Assembly: GCA_964016885.1 (NCBI GenBank)
Contig: OZ024741.1
Span: 58,714,001 to 58,778,000 of the forward strand
DNA length: 64,000 nt
Direction: 5' to 3'
From: Eledone cirrhosa
Taxonomy: Eukaryota
The position numbers and the translations under genes were made by a program. Each line of letters starts with the position of its first letter. The stretch's first letter is position 1. Shown here piece after piece: positions 51,230 to 64,000 of the stretch. Below the pieces are notes generated by a model. It saw nothing but the letters and a program-made list of their open reading frames with translations, was not told where the DNA came from and made no database searches.

Positions 51230-51358
51230 ATGCCAAATCAGGAAGGCATCTTCCCCAAGAAAGTTATCCTCTGAGGTGATGCCAAATCAGGAAGTCATCC
51301 TCTGATGTCATGTCAAATCAGGAAGGTTTCTTCCCCAAGAAAGGCATCCTCTGAGGTG
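51230..51358. repeat. Short tandem duplication
   Basis: ATGYCAAATCAGGAAG...ATCCTCTGA three times. Confidence 0.75.
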
Positions 51359-52062
51359 GAATGGCTGATGCTGTGGATATCACTAGCTGTTCTTGTCCAC
51401 AGGACACACCTGAGAAGTATTGTCCTTCAAAGGGTGTAGATTTTGCCCCGTCCCCATTCCTACCTCCCTTGTATATATTTTTTCTCTTCTTTTTTTTTCC
51501 TGTGTATAAGTATAGAGAACAACACAATATATGTTAACAACAACAACAACAAATTTCCACACATAAATTCAATTACAAATGCGACCAATAAAATCAGCGA
51601 AACTAATAGCAACATATTAAGTAAATATCATGACATTTCTGTATTTCTGGACATTAAAAAAAAAGTGATAAAAGTAATTTCCTTTACACATAAAAAGTGA
51701 TTCTATATAATGATTTAATGTTAGCTGGAAATCAATCCCATCTTTGAAACATACTTATAATTCCAATGAAAACTATTATTTGAAAATATGCTTGCTTTTT
51801 TATGGAGCTGCCACAATGCAGATAACTAAAGAATAGATTGATAAGTCAGATAAACTAAACTTGGATACAGAATAAAGTGGCCAGAAAGGTCCACTTTTTC
51901 TTTTCCATCTCCAGGGGTACTTTACCTGACTTATTCAAAAAATGTTTGTAGGTGTCTGCATTATGGTGGCTTCCCATAACAGCAAACAAATTTTCAAATT
52001 TCCATATTGCTTCATTAATGGGCCATCATTTACATACATATATATATATATGTGAGTGTGTG

Positions 52063-52097
<35 letters not shown>

Positions 52098-52870
52098 ATG
52101 TATATATGCTGGCACCATTAGAATTTGTTGTTTGTTAGCCACATCAACCCCTTTCTTTCCTTTCTAAGTGAAAATAGTGTTTAAACTCATGAAGCAACAG
52201 CCACAAACTACCATTATATAATATTATTTAAACAGATGATAAGCCATCACATACTGACTGACAACATGATCACTGTAATTTCTCTCTTAACTTGAATTAG
52301 TTTTCAGTCAAAGCTTGGTGGTGGGCTTTTGGTTTTTTTTTTTTTTTTTGGTTTGTTATTATTATTGTTATTACTATTTATTTACTTTTGAGGGCGGTGG
52401 ATTGGCAGAATTGTTAGAGTGCCGGCCGGACAAGATGCTTTGCTACATTTGTTTCAGCTCTTTACATTCTGAGTTCAAATCCTGCCAAGGTCGACTTTGC
52501 CTTTCATCCTTCCATTGGGGTCGATAAAATAAAGTACCAGCTATGTGCTGGAGGTTGATATAATCGACTTAACCCTCCCTCCAAATTGTTGGCTTTGTGC
52601 CTAAATTAGAAACCATAATTATTATTATTATAATTATTATTATTATTCCCATTTGTTACACTAACTATACAAATGTCACAGTTTTGTGTAAAAAAAAATT
52701 CAATAATAAAAAAAAAAAATTAAAAAAACTAAAGAGATATTTTATAGCAAAAAAAATTATAAATAAAGTTTTTAAATCAAATTTAGAGTTCTTTGCTTAT
52801 TAAGAAAAAAATCTATATTTTTCACCTATTTTGTTTTTTCTTCTCTTCTATTTGCTTAAACTATTTTTAA

Positions 52871-53204
52871 CCCTTTTGATACCAATCCACCCCAAATCAC
52901 CTCTGGTTCTATGAAATAAAACTACCCACTTTAAAAAATTCCTATTTAAATTTTAAATTTCCAACTTAATTTTATATAAGAAACTTTTGTCAACACTTTT
53001 CATACCAGCTCAGCCAAAACTGCATCTGCTTCTATGAAACAAATCCACTGAATTCAAAGAGTTCCTATTTAAATTAAAATACTCCAACATAATTTTATAT
53101 GAGAACCTTTCATAAAGAAATAGTAGATTATTTCAATCCAACAAAATTTTTCATTAATTAATTAAAATGCAGTATATTTCATTAGAAATATAGTAACAAA
53201 AGGG
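52871..53204. mobile_element. piggyBac-like MITE
   Basis: TTAA|CCCTTTTGATACCA...TAGTAACAAAAGGG|TTAA (12/14 TIR match); many decayed relatives at 35.2, 38-40.6 and 60.5 kb. Confidence 0.78.
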
Positions 53205-53282
53205 TTAAGGTAGATAAATTTGAGGTTTAGTTTTTCAGAAAACATTAAACTTCATACATGAAGAAATTTTTATTGAGATTAT

Positions 53283-56200
53283 GAGCTATGTAATGTATAT
53301 AGTACTAGATATGTAAACTATATAATGTGTATATTGCTATATATATAAGCTATATAAAGTATATAGTACCAGATATATAAGCTATAAAATATTAGCTATA
53401 TAATCTATATATTGCTATATGTATAAGCTATATAATGTGTATATTGCCAGATATGCAAGCTATATAATGTCTATATTGTCAGATATGTAAGCTATATATA
53501 GTATATATATTGACAGATGTGTGAGCTATATAATGTGTATACTGCCAGATATGTAAGCTATATATAGTATATAGTGCCAGATGTGTGAGCTATATAATGT
53601 CTATATTGCCAGATATGTAAGCTATATATAGTATATATTGCCAGATGTGTGAGCTATATAATGTGTATATTACCAGATATGTAAGCTATATAATGTCTAT
53701 ATTGCTACATATAGTATATATTGCCAGATGTGTGAGCTATATATTAGACATATTGCCCAATGTGTGAGCAACATAATGTGTTTATTGCCAGATATGTAAG
53801 CTATATATAGTATATATATTGCCAGATGTGTGAGCTATATAATGTGTATACTGCCAGATATGTAAGCTATATATAGTATATATTGCCAGATGTGTGAGCT
53901 ATATAATGTGTATACTGCCAGATATGTAAGCTATATATAATATATATTGCCAGATGTGTGAGCTATATATAGTATATATTGCCAGATGTGTGAGCTATAT
54001 GTGTATACTGCCAGATGTGTGAGCTATATAATGTGTATACTGCCAGATATGTAAGCTATATATAGTATATATTGCCAGATGTGTGAGCTATATAATGTGT
54101 ATACTGCCAGATATGTAAGCTATATATAGTATATATTGCCAGATGTGTGAGCTATATAATGTGTATACTGCCAGATATGTAAGCTATATATAGTATATAT
54201 TGCCAGATGTGTGAGCTATATAATGTGTATACTGCCAGATATGTAAGATATATATAGTATATTTTGCCAGATGTGTGAGCTATATAATGTGTATACTGCC
54301 AGATATGTAAACTATATATAATATATATTGCCAGATGTGTGAGCTATATGTAGTATATATTACCAGATGTGTGAGCTATATGTGTATACTGCCAGATGTG
54401 TGAGCTATATAATGTGTATACTGCCAGATATATAAGCTATATAAAGTATATATTGCCAGATGTGTGAGCTATATAATGTGTATACTGCCAAATATGTAAG
54501 CTATATATAGTATATATTGCCAGATGTGTGAGCTATATATAGTATATATTGCCAGATGTGTGAGCTATATGTGTATACTGCCAGATGTGTGAGCTATATA
54601 ATGTGTATACTGCCAGATATGTAAGCTATATATAGTATATATTGCCAGATGTGTGAGCTATATAATGTGTATACTGCCAGATATGTAAGCTATATATAGT
54701 ATATATTGCCAGATGTGTGAGCTATATAACGTGTATACTGCCAGATATGTAAGCTATATATAATATATATTGCCAGATGTGTGAGCTATATATAGTATAT
54801 ATTGCCAGATGTGTGAGCTATATGTGTATACTGCCAGATGTGTGAGCTATATAATGTGTATACTGCCAGATATGTAAGCTATATATAATATATATTGCCA
54901 GATGTGTGAGCTATATAATCTGTATACTGCCAGATATGTAAGCTATATATAGTATATATTGCCAGATATGTGAGCTATATAATGTGTATACTGCCAGATA
55001 TGTAAGCTATATATAGTATATATTGCCAGATATGTAATATATATAATGTGTATATTGCCAGATATGTGAGCTATATATAATATATATTGCCAGATGTGTG
55101 AGCTATATAATATGTATATTCCTGGATATGTAAGCTATATATAGTATATATTGCCAGATGTGTGAGCTATATAATGTGTATACTGCCAGATATATAAGCT
55201 ATATATAGTATATATTGCCAGATCTGTGAGCTATATGTGTATACTGCCAGATGTGTGAGCTATATAATGTGTATACTGCCAGATATGTAAGCTATATATA
55301 GTATTTATTGCCAGATGTGTGAGCTACATATAGTATATATTGCCAGATGTGTTAGCTATATAATGTGTATACTGCCAGATATGTAAGCTATATATAGTCT
55401 ATATTGCCATATGTGTGAGCTATATAATGTGTATACTGCCAGATATATAAGCTATATATAGTATATATTGCTAGATGTGAGAACTATATAACGTGTATAC
55501 TGCCAGATATGTAAGCTATATATAGTATATATTGCCAGATGTGTGAGCTATATATAGTATATAATGCCAGATGTATGAGCTATATAATGTGTATATTGCC
55601 AGATATGTAAGCTATATATAGTATATATTGCCAGATGTGTGAGCTATATAATGTGTATATTGCCAGATATGTAAGCTATATATAGTATATATTGCCAGAT
55701 GTGTGAGCTATATAATGTGTATACTGCTAGATATGTATGCTATATATAGTATATATTGCCAGATGTGTGAGCTATATAATGTGTATACTGCCAGATATGT
55801 AAGCTATATATAGTATATATTGCCAGATGTGTGAGCTATATAATGTGTATACTGCCAGATATGTAAGCTATATATAATATATATTGCCAGATGTGTGAGC
55901 TATATATAGTATATATTGCCAGATGTGTGAGCTATATGTGTATACTGCCAGATGTGTGAGCTATATAATGTGTATACTGCCAGATATGTAAGCTATATAT
56001 AATATATATTGCCAGATGTGTGAGCTATATAATCTGTATACTGCCAGATATGTAAGCTATGTATAGTATATATTGCCAGATATGTGAGCTATATAATGTG
56101 TATACTGCCAGATATGTAAGCTATATATAGTATATATTGCCAGATATGTAATATATATAATGTGTATATTGCCAGATATGTGAGCTATATATAATATATA

Positions 56201-58265
56201 TTGCCAGATGTGTGAGCTATATAATATGTATATTCCTGGATATGTAAGTTATATATAGTATATATTGCCAGATGTGTGAGCTATATAATGTGTATACTGC
56301 CAGATATATAAGCTATATATAGTATATATTGCCAGATGTGTGAGCTATATGTGTATACTGCCAGATGTGTGAGCTATATAATGTGTATACTGCCAGATAT
56401 GTAAGCTATATATAGTATATATTGCCAGATGTGTGAGCTACATGTAGTATATATTGCCAGATGTGTTAGCTATATAATGTGTATACTGCCAGATATGTAA
56501 GCTATATATAGTCTATATTGCCATATGTGTGAGCTATATAATGTGTATACTGCCAGATATATAAGCTATATATAGTATATATTGCTAGATGTGAGAACTA
56601 TATAATGTGTATACTGCCAGATATGTAAGCTATATATGGTATATATTGCCAGATGTGTGAGCTATATATAGTATATAATGCCAGATGTATGAGCTATATA
56701 ATGTGTATATTGCCAGATATGTAAGCTATATATAGTATATATTGCCAGATGTGTGAGCTATATAATGTGTATATTGCCAGATATGTAAGCTATATATAGT
56801 ATATATTGCCAGATGTGTGAGCTATATAATGTGTATACTGCTAGATATGTATGCTATATATAGTATATATTGCCAGATGTGTGAGCTATATAATGTGTAT
56901 ACTGCCAGATATGTAAGCTATATATAGTATATATTGCCAGATGTGTAAGCTATATAATGTGTATACTGCCAGATATGTAAGCTATATATAGTATATATTG
57001 CCAGATGTGTGAGCTATATAATGTGTATACTGCCAGATATGTAAGCTATATATAGTATATATTGCCAGATGTGTGAGCTATATAATGTGTATACTGCTAG
57101 ATATGTAAACTATATATAGTATATATTGCCAGATGTGTGAGCTATATAATGTGTATACTGCCAGATATGTAAGCTATATATAACATATATTGCCAGATGT
57201 GTGAGCTATATAATGTGTATACTGCCAGATATGTAAGCTATATATAGTATATATTGCCAGATGTGTGAGCTATATAATGTGTATATTGCCAGATATGTAA
57301 ACTATATATAGTATATATTGCCAGATGTGTGAGCTATATAATGTGTATACTGCCAGATATGTAAGCTATATATGATATATATTGCCAGATGTGTGAGCTA
57401 TATAATGTGTATATTACCAGATATGTAAGCTATATATAGTATATATTGCCAGATGTGTGAGCTATATAATGTGTATACTGCCAGATATGTAAGCTATATA
57501 TAGTATATATTGCCAGATGTGTGAGCTATATAACGTGTATACTGCTAGATATGTAAGCTCTATATAGTATATACTGCCAGATGTGTGAGCTATATAATGT
57601 GTATACTGCTAGATATGTAAGCTATATATAGTATATATTGCCAGATGTGTGAGCTATATAATGTGTATACTGCCAGATATGTAAGCTATATATAGTATAT
57701 ATTGCCAGATGTGTGATCTATATAATGTGTATACTGCCAGATATGTAAGCTATATATAGTATATATTGCCAGATGTGTGATCTATATAATGTGTATACTG
57801 CCAGATATGTAAGCTATATATAGTATATATTGCCAGATGTGTGAGCTATATAATGTGTATACTGCCAGACATGTAAGCTATATATAGTATATATTGCCAG
57901 ATGTGTGAGCTATATAATGTGTATATTGCCAGATATGTAATCTATATATAATATATATTGCCAGATGTGTGAGCTATATAATGTGTATACTGCCAGATAT
58001 GTAAGCTATATATAGTATATATTGCCAGATGTGTGAGCTATATAATGTGTATACTGCTAGATATGTAAGCTATATATAGTATATACTGCCAGATGTGTGA
58101 GCTATATAATGTGTATACTGCTAGATATGTAAGCTATATATAGTATATATTGCCAGATGTGTGAGCTATATAATGTGTATACTGCCAGATATATAAGCTA
58201 TATATAGTATATATTGCTAGATGTGTGAGCTATATAATGTGTATACTGCCAGATATGTAAGCTAT
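53283..58265. repeat. ~5-kb satellite: 32-bp monomers arranged as 64-bp A/B dimers
   Basis: A=GCTATATAATGTGTATACTGCCAGATATGTAA, B=GCTATATATAGTATATATTGCCAGATGTGTGA; about 155 monomers; left edge degenerate. Confidence 0.97.
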
Positions 58266-60997
58266 TTTCCATGTTGGCAAAGGTTGGACAGATCATCACA
58301 GACCAAGTAAGTACTTTATTAGAAAAACTATAAACCACATCATTCGTACATACATTCCAGTTTTGGTATTGTTACTACAAATTGATGCCCTCCCTATCAG
58401 CAAGAACTTTACAGAGTATAGTAGGAGCATTTTATCAGTGCGCCAGCACTAGGGAAGTTGACATGCTTTTGACACAACTGAAAAGTTCTCTAAATGCTTT
58501 GTTCAGCTTACTTTCTATGGCTGGGTCCCCTTCCTATCACTAATCATTTTACAAAGTATACGGAGAACATTTTATCATGGAGTATAATGTTTAATTTAGC
58601 CGGATGGCTGGAACAGGTAAAAGAGTAAAAGAGAGTATTAGTTCAATTGCAACCTCTGATAGATTATATATGCAAACATCAGATGTTTTTCTAAAGACTG
58701 TTTATCTTGAAACCTACACTAACTAGCTTATGTTGGATCTCTGTCAGTTCTGATAAGTGTTCCAGCTGTTTGAATAATAGAACAACCTGATCATGAAATT
58801 AACATACAGGTGGCTGAGCATTCCACACACATATGTTCACTTAATGTATTTTTCAGAGAGTTCAACATGACACAGTATATGAAGGCTGGATCTTAAAATT
58901 ACTGAGCAGACTGAAGAAATATAAAATAAACTGTTTTGATCAAAGATACAATGTCCAGCTGGGAATTAAACTTATGACCTTACAACCATGAGTGAAACAC
59001 CCTAACTACTAAGCCATGAGCCTTCACAGCAACCAACTTAATAAAAACTTGAAATTTATTTAAGTGTTTGACACTTAATTAATCAAAAATCTCTTAAGTA
59101 TATCTCTGTTATAATATCAGAAGAGGTAGTTATCTTTAAACTCTTGTCTTCATCCTTCGTGAAAACAAGATTTGACAAATGAAATTAAAATAACCTCATT
59201 TCAGGATTATAAACTATTGCTTTGTTGCTTTAAGATGGAATATTGTTTTAATTAAAGTTTTCTGGTTTATTAACTTTATTTTTTTTATCAATACCACAGC
59301 ATTGTGTAATAAAGTAAGAAATCAAATTTACAGAAACTATATTTCCAGTCAGCCCAGGTTAATTCAAGTTGGACAACATAGTTAGACTGGCCAATTCATT
59401 TAGGCCAGTTTAGCTACATCAGCTTAACTAGAGAGGCCAATTAAAACTGGCCTGGCTAATACTTGGTTTGGCTGGGCTGGCTGAGGTTAGGCAGGCAGAT
59501 ATGAATGGTGATTGTTGACTTCTAGAACATATTGAATGTCACCCCCAACCCCAACGACTGACTGTAACAGTTGACTGAATAGATCTCAACACTGTGCCTG
59601 AGGTCAAGATTACTGAATGCCAGACTTTCTTGATTGGCACCGCACCCCAACAACTATCTACAACAGTTTCAGAAAGATTATGATGAGGTTCCAAGTTGTA
59701 GGCCACAGTTTTGTACCCACAGAGCTTGAATTTTACATAAGGGTACATCTTTTCAAGGTTATTGGTTATGTAACTTTAGTTTCTATATATTTCTTTATCT
59801 TATTTACATTTTTTGCTTTGCATTTTCATGAAGCTCAATTTGAGCCATCTTCTGAAATGCTTGGATGTAACAATTCTGGGTGAATCAACATTCTCATTCA
59901 AACTGAAGATTGTCACTATATTTTTAAAGCAATTTATTCAAAATAAAGTTGATTTGTATGATGATAATTAGTTTAGACATTAACATCCTGTAATGATTTT
60001 ACAAAAAGTATCTAAATACTAGTTGACAGATCATTGGGAAAATTCACAACAAACTAAAATAAAGACTCATTTTTAATGTGATGCAGTCATAGTGCTGTTT
60101 TGTTACTTTTCAAGAATATCTTTCTAATGTGGTTCCATGTGGTACAGGACATTGATAGTTAATAAATCCAGTCAAGGCCATCCATCACTGTTAGTGTTTA
60201 TATAAAATTATTAGCAAACAAACTAAGACTGTAATATTATAACCACTCAGCTTCTCACTGAGTGAAATTCCTGCCATTAATGTTGTGAAGAGACATACGA
60301 GTAGTATGTAGCTGCACCAAACTACTTAGTTGCCATATTTTAAAAAAGATTTTATTTTTGTTTTATATTTAATATCATATTTGATGAACGATAGTGTTGC
60401 TTGTATAGGTTTCAAATTTGCTGATCACTGAATCAAGGCAGGAAATTGGCAAAAGTATTACAGTGATGAGCAGCAAACCATCCCTGGTTCTGTGATACAA
60501 AACTATGTTTTAAAGTGTCTATATTTATCTAAAAACTTTCCATCATAATTTTATATAAGAACTTTTGTTAAGTTATGTGCCAAATACCAGCTTAATCATA
60601 AGAAAGTTATATATACTAAATCCTTCCGAATTATTGATTATTTTCAACCATATTTGAAAAAGCCAGTGCAGATAATGTAAGATAGAGAGGACCTTTTAGT
60701 TGTGTAAAAAACAAATCAACTTCTTTAGTGTTGGTGCTATAATAAAATGTATCCAGAACACCTTGTAGACTGGTTAGTGTTAGATAAGACATCCAGGTGC
60801 AGAAACCTGTAAAAAATGGAATGTATGAATGAGAAATGCTATTTTGAATTCTCTAGGAAGACAGTAACAACTAAATAAGAACAGTGACAATTTTTCCAAC
60901 CTATATCAGTATGGAATACTGATGTAAAATGAGTACAGTTTCATCCATCTGCACTGCAGGAGCTATAGCAATGTACAGGTATGGCTGTATAGTTAGA

Positions 60998-63900
60998 TAT
61001 GTTTCTTTTATTTGCCACCAGGGCATCAAAAGTGGGACAAGTACAATGGGGGGAGTTTACAAAACAAGGCGTCCTCAATAAGGAGGAGGCAATAACAATA
61101 TATAAAAATAAAATAAAATATAACAAAAAATAAAATTTATAACAAAGTCTTCAATAGAGAGGAGGCGCCTTGGGTGGTCGCACACACCCCCGAAAAAAGT
61201 GTGCAACCCTTCTCCTCAGGAGCACAGAGAAGGGGTGCTCCCTTGGTCTTTCATCTTCCTCACCTATAGTCTGATGTAGAGTGAAGGCCCATTCACACGG
61301 GCCATTCTCGCCACTTTCACCCATCTTTCATAGAAACGGCTGGGGTGCAGCACCTCTCTCTCCATCCTGATCCTTCTTCCGAAATGATATCGGAAGAAAC
61401 GGACCAGTTGTTGGCCAGAGAGAAAGGTGTCTGACCTCAGTCCTTTCAGACGCGTCCACCATACAACCTCTTTCGCCATGGCTATTACGCACAGAAACAC
61501 CGCCTCTCCTTCGTTTTTGAAGAGGGGAGGCGGCTTGATCGTTACAATAGACTCGGTGGTCAACCGGATTGGTCCCGCCCTTGACAGCAGTTGTTTGACA
61601 TAGCCCCACAGATCGGCAATGCCTGAGCAGTGTACCAATGCGTGTGCAACGGTTTCCTCGTCGCACACGCATCTGGGACAGACCTTTTTCGATGGGTCCC
61701 TACCCGGGCGCCCGTGTCTGTAGAGCCTTTCTCGAATGGGCAGAGCCCTTCTGTAGCATTGCCAGGCCAGGGACCTCTGGAAGTTATCCATGGGTCCCGG
61801 GTTGAATGTCCTACCGAACAGGTTGGCCAGTTTGTCTTCCTCCATGCCTAGGGCTTCTCCGAGGGCGTCGTCGCACCTGCTAACCACCAGCCCTCTATAG
61901 AATGACGAGGTGGATTCTCCACTGACAGCCGGGTCCGCCTGCCAGAGAGCCGTGAGCGCCTGGGCACACTCGGTGTGCCAGGCGCCCAGTTTTCTCGGTC
62001 TTTGCTTGACCCAGGATTGCAGCTCGGTGAGTGAGACGAGTCTGGGAAAGGCTCGCCTCACAAATGGGGCCCACACCGGTTGACCGGAGAGGAATACCTG
62101 AAGGTGCCGTAGCCTTAATGCGTGTTTACGTATCATTAGCCACGGCATCCCCAGCCCTCCTTTCGAAGGGTGTTGACAGCAGATGGATCTCCTCACCATA
62201 GGAGCCCGCTTCTTCCAAAGGAATTGGAAGAGTGCGTGCTCCATTTTGGCGAGCGTTTCCATTGGGCAAGGCACCACGGTCAGGCGGTAGTAGATGACGG
62301 ACGCTATATAAGTGTTCGCCACCTCCGCCTGACCTTTCAGGGATAGTTTGCACTCGGCCCACTTCTGGGTCAGTGCAAACACCCTGCTCGTCACCTCACC
62401 CCAGTTCTTCTCCACCTGGAGGTCTGGTTCGTCCAGCGCCCGACGACGCCATCGGAGGGCATCGATCTGCCCCTCCACGTGCCGAGTTGCAGACCGATCG
62501 ACTTGTCCTGGTTCAGCTTAGCCCCTGTAAACCTTTCGTACTCCTCCAGTAAGATGCCGATCGCCCCGATTTCCGAGGCCGTCGACACCATTACTGTTAC
62601 GTCATCGGCGTAGGCTGACACCGCTTTCCGCAATCCCGGTTCCAACGGGATGCCCTGCAACAACTCCAACTTCCGCAGCAGTGGCTTTAGAGTCACTACA
62701 TACAGAAGGGAGGAGAGAGGGCACCCCTGTCGGATGGACCGCGCGATTTCGAACGGCTCCGAGAGGTAGCCGTTCACCTTGACCCTAGAGCAGATGCGGC
62801 TGCTGTGCATGGCATTTATCCAGCCCCTGAAAACGGGTTCGAAGCCTGCCGCCGCTAGCACCGCATCCAGGTAACCATGGTCGACCCTATCGAATGCCTT
62901 AGATTGATCCAAGTTGATCAGGGCCCCACCAAAGCCGGGTTCGTTCCCAACCCTCTCTATGATGTATCGCATGAGGTGGAGGTTATCGTGGATGGAACTG
63001 GACGGGATAGTACATGTCTGCGCATCTCCCACCAGGTTGCCCACGACAAGCGCCAACCTCTTTGCTAGCACCTTGGCCAAAATCTGTAACTCTGTATTTA
63101 GCAGAGTTATGGGCCTGAAATTATTTATATCGTCTCCCTTGTTCTCATCCTTCCTCACTAGCGTGACTACGCCCTTGGTCACAGCACAGGGAATTCTCCC
63201 GTTCTGTTGCCAGTTGCAGTAGACCGCCTCGAGGAGTTCGGGGAACAAGTCCGGCATAGCTAGATATAGTTCGTATGGAAGACCATCGAGACCCGGGGAT
63301 TTGCGTTTGCCGCATTGGCTCAGCACGTCCTCTATCTCAGCGGCTGAAATCGGCTCCTCGCAGGACTTCGCCTCCCTGTCCGAGAGACGCGGCAGGCCGT
63401 CGAGGTATGGACCAAAGTCCACGTCCCCAACCGGCCCCCCGCCCCTTCTGAACAATTCGGCAAAGTGCTTTTGAAAAGCCTCGCACATCTGCTTAGGTTC
63501 AAGGATCACCCGTCCATCCTGGTCTCGCAAAGACCGGATAGTGGATCTGCTCCCTCTTTTGGCTTCTGTCACGCGGGCCCAGCTAACAGCTTTGGTCCCC
63601 TCGTTTCCCAGAGCACATATTTTGCTTCGGACGATGCAGCCTTCGTGTTTCGCGTCGAAGAACTGGCCCAGGGCCGTTCTCGACGCTAGCACTCTGTCCA
63701 CGTCGCGGCTTCTAATTGCCTCTTCTACACTATCTACCAACTCCCTTTCCTTCCTATTTCTATTGGAGGCTAACTCCTTACTAAATTCTATAGAGACTAC
63801 TCTAATCTCTCTTTTGAGAGATCCCCACCACCTGCTGTTGACGATGGCGCCCGTCAACCGCTCCGTAACTAAAATGCTAATCCGGTTCCTGTAAGCCTTA

Positions 63901-64000
63901 CTTGCCGGTAAGGACAAGTTGAGCTTCCAGTAACCGGGTCCCTGTCTATGAGTTCTGTCAAGGTTGACCATGCAGGTCACTAATTTGTGGTCTGAATAGC
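60998..64000 (-). mobile_element. L1/Tx1-clade LINE ORF2 and 3'UTR, frameshifted; continues beyond the window
   Basis: Endonuclease end SDHKLV at the window edge, YWKLN, SPGLDGLP, FRPITLLN, DQSKAFDRV, RQGCPLS, YADD; C-terminal CPRC...ETVAHALVHC knuckle; AATAAA at 61007-61012; frameshifting deletion near 62430. Confidence 0.92.

Noticed and set aside
53283-58265. Possible CRISPR array
   Set aside because: No unique spacers, no cas genes, eukaryotic context; plain tandem satellite
59539-59883. Short ORFs, possibly a decayed RLE retroelement
   Set aside because: Too degenerate to assign; no splice or domain support
60945-60985. U2 snRNA-like target next to the Tx1 element
   Set aside because: Only a short patchy resemblance; no Sm site or other U2 features

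Overview
AT-rich, repeat-dominated eukaryotic DNA; the repeat families suggest a coleoid cephalopod, probably an octopod (inference). The only host gene I can support is the 3' end of RXYLT1/TMEM5 on the + strand: a 171-nt internal exon (5416-5586) and the terminal coding exon (33925-34348), joined by a 28,338-bp phase-2 intron. The rest is transposons and tandem repeats. These are: two RTE LINE subfamilies carrying a PHD-type finger inside the RT, their partner SINE and other SINEs, an ~11-kb stack of retroelements inside a (TA)n microsatellite, a 6.6-kb Helitron with a nested LINE and SINEs, hAT and piggyBac-like MITEs, a ~5-kb 32-bp satellite with higher-order structure, and a decayed L1/Tx1 LINE at the right edge. 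Most long ORFs in the track are microsatellite artefacts. I see no clearly new protein-coding system. The best leads are the PHD-bearing TA-associated RTE/SINE system, inverted LINEs bracketing a symmetric exon, a bipartite RTE derivative with a structured leader, and a convergent CTCF-like motif pair. All family assignments are from motif recognition, not database searches.
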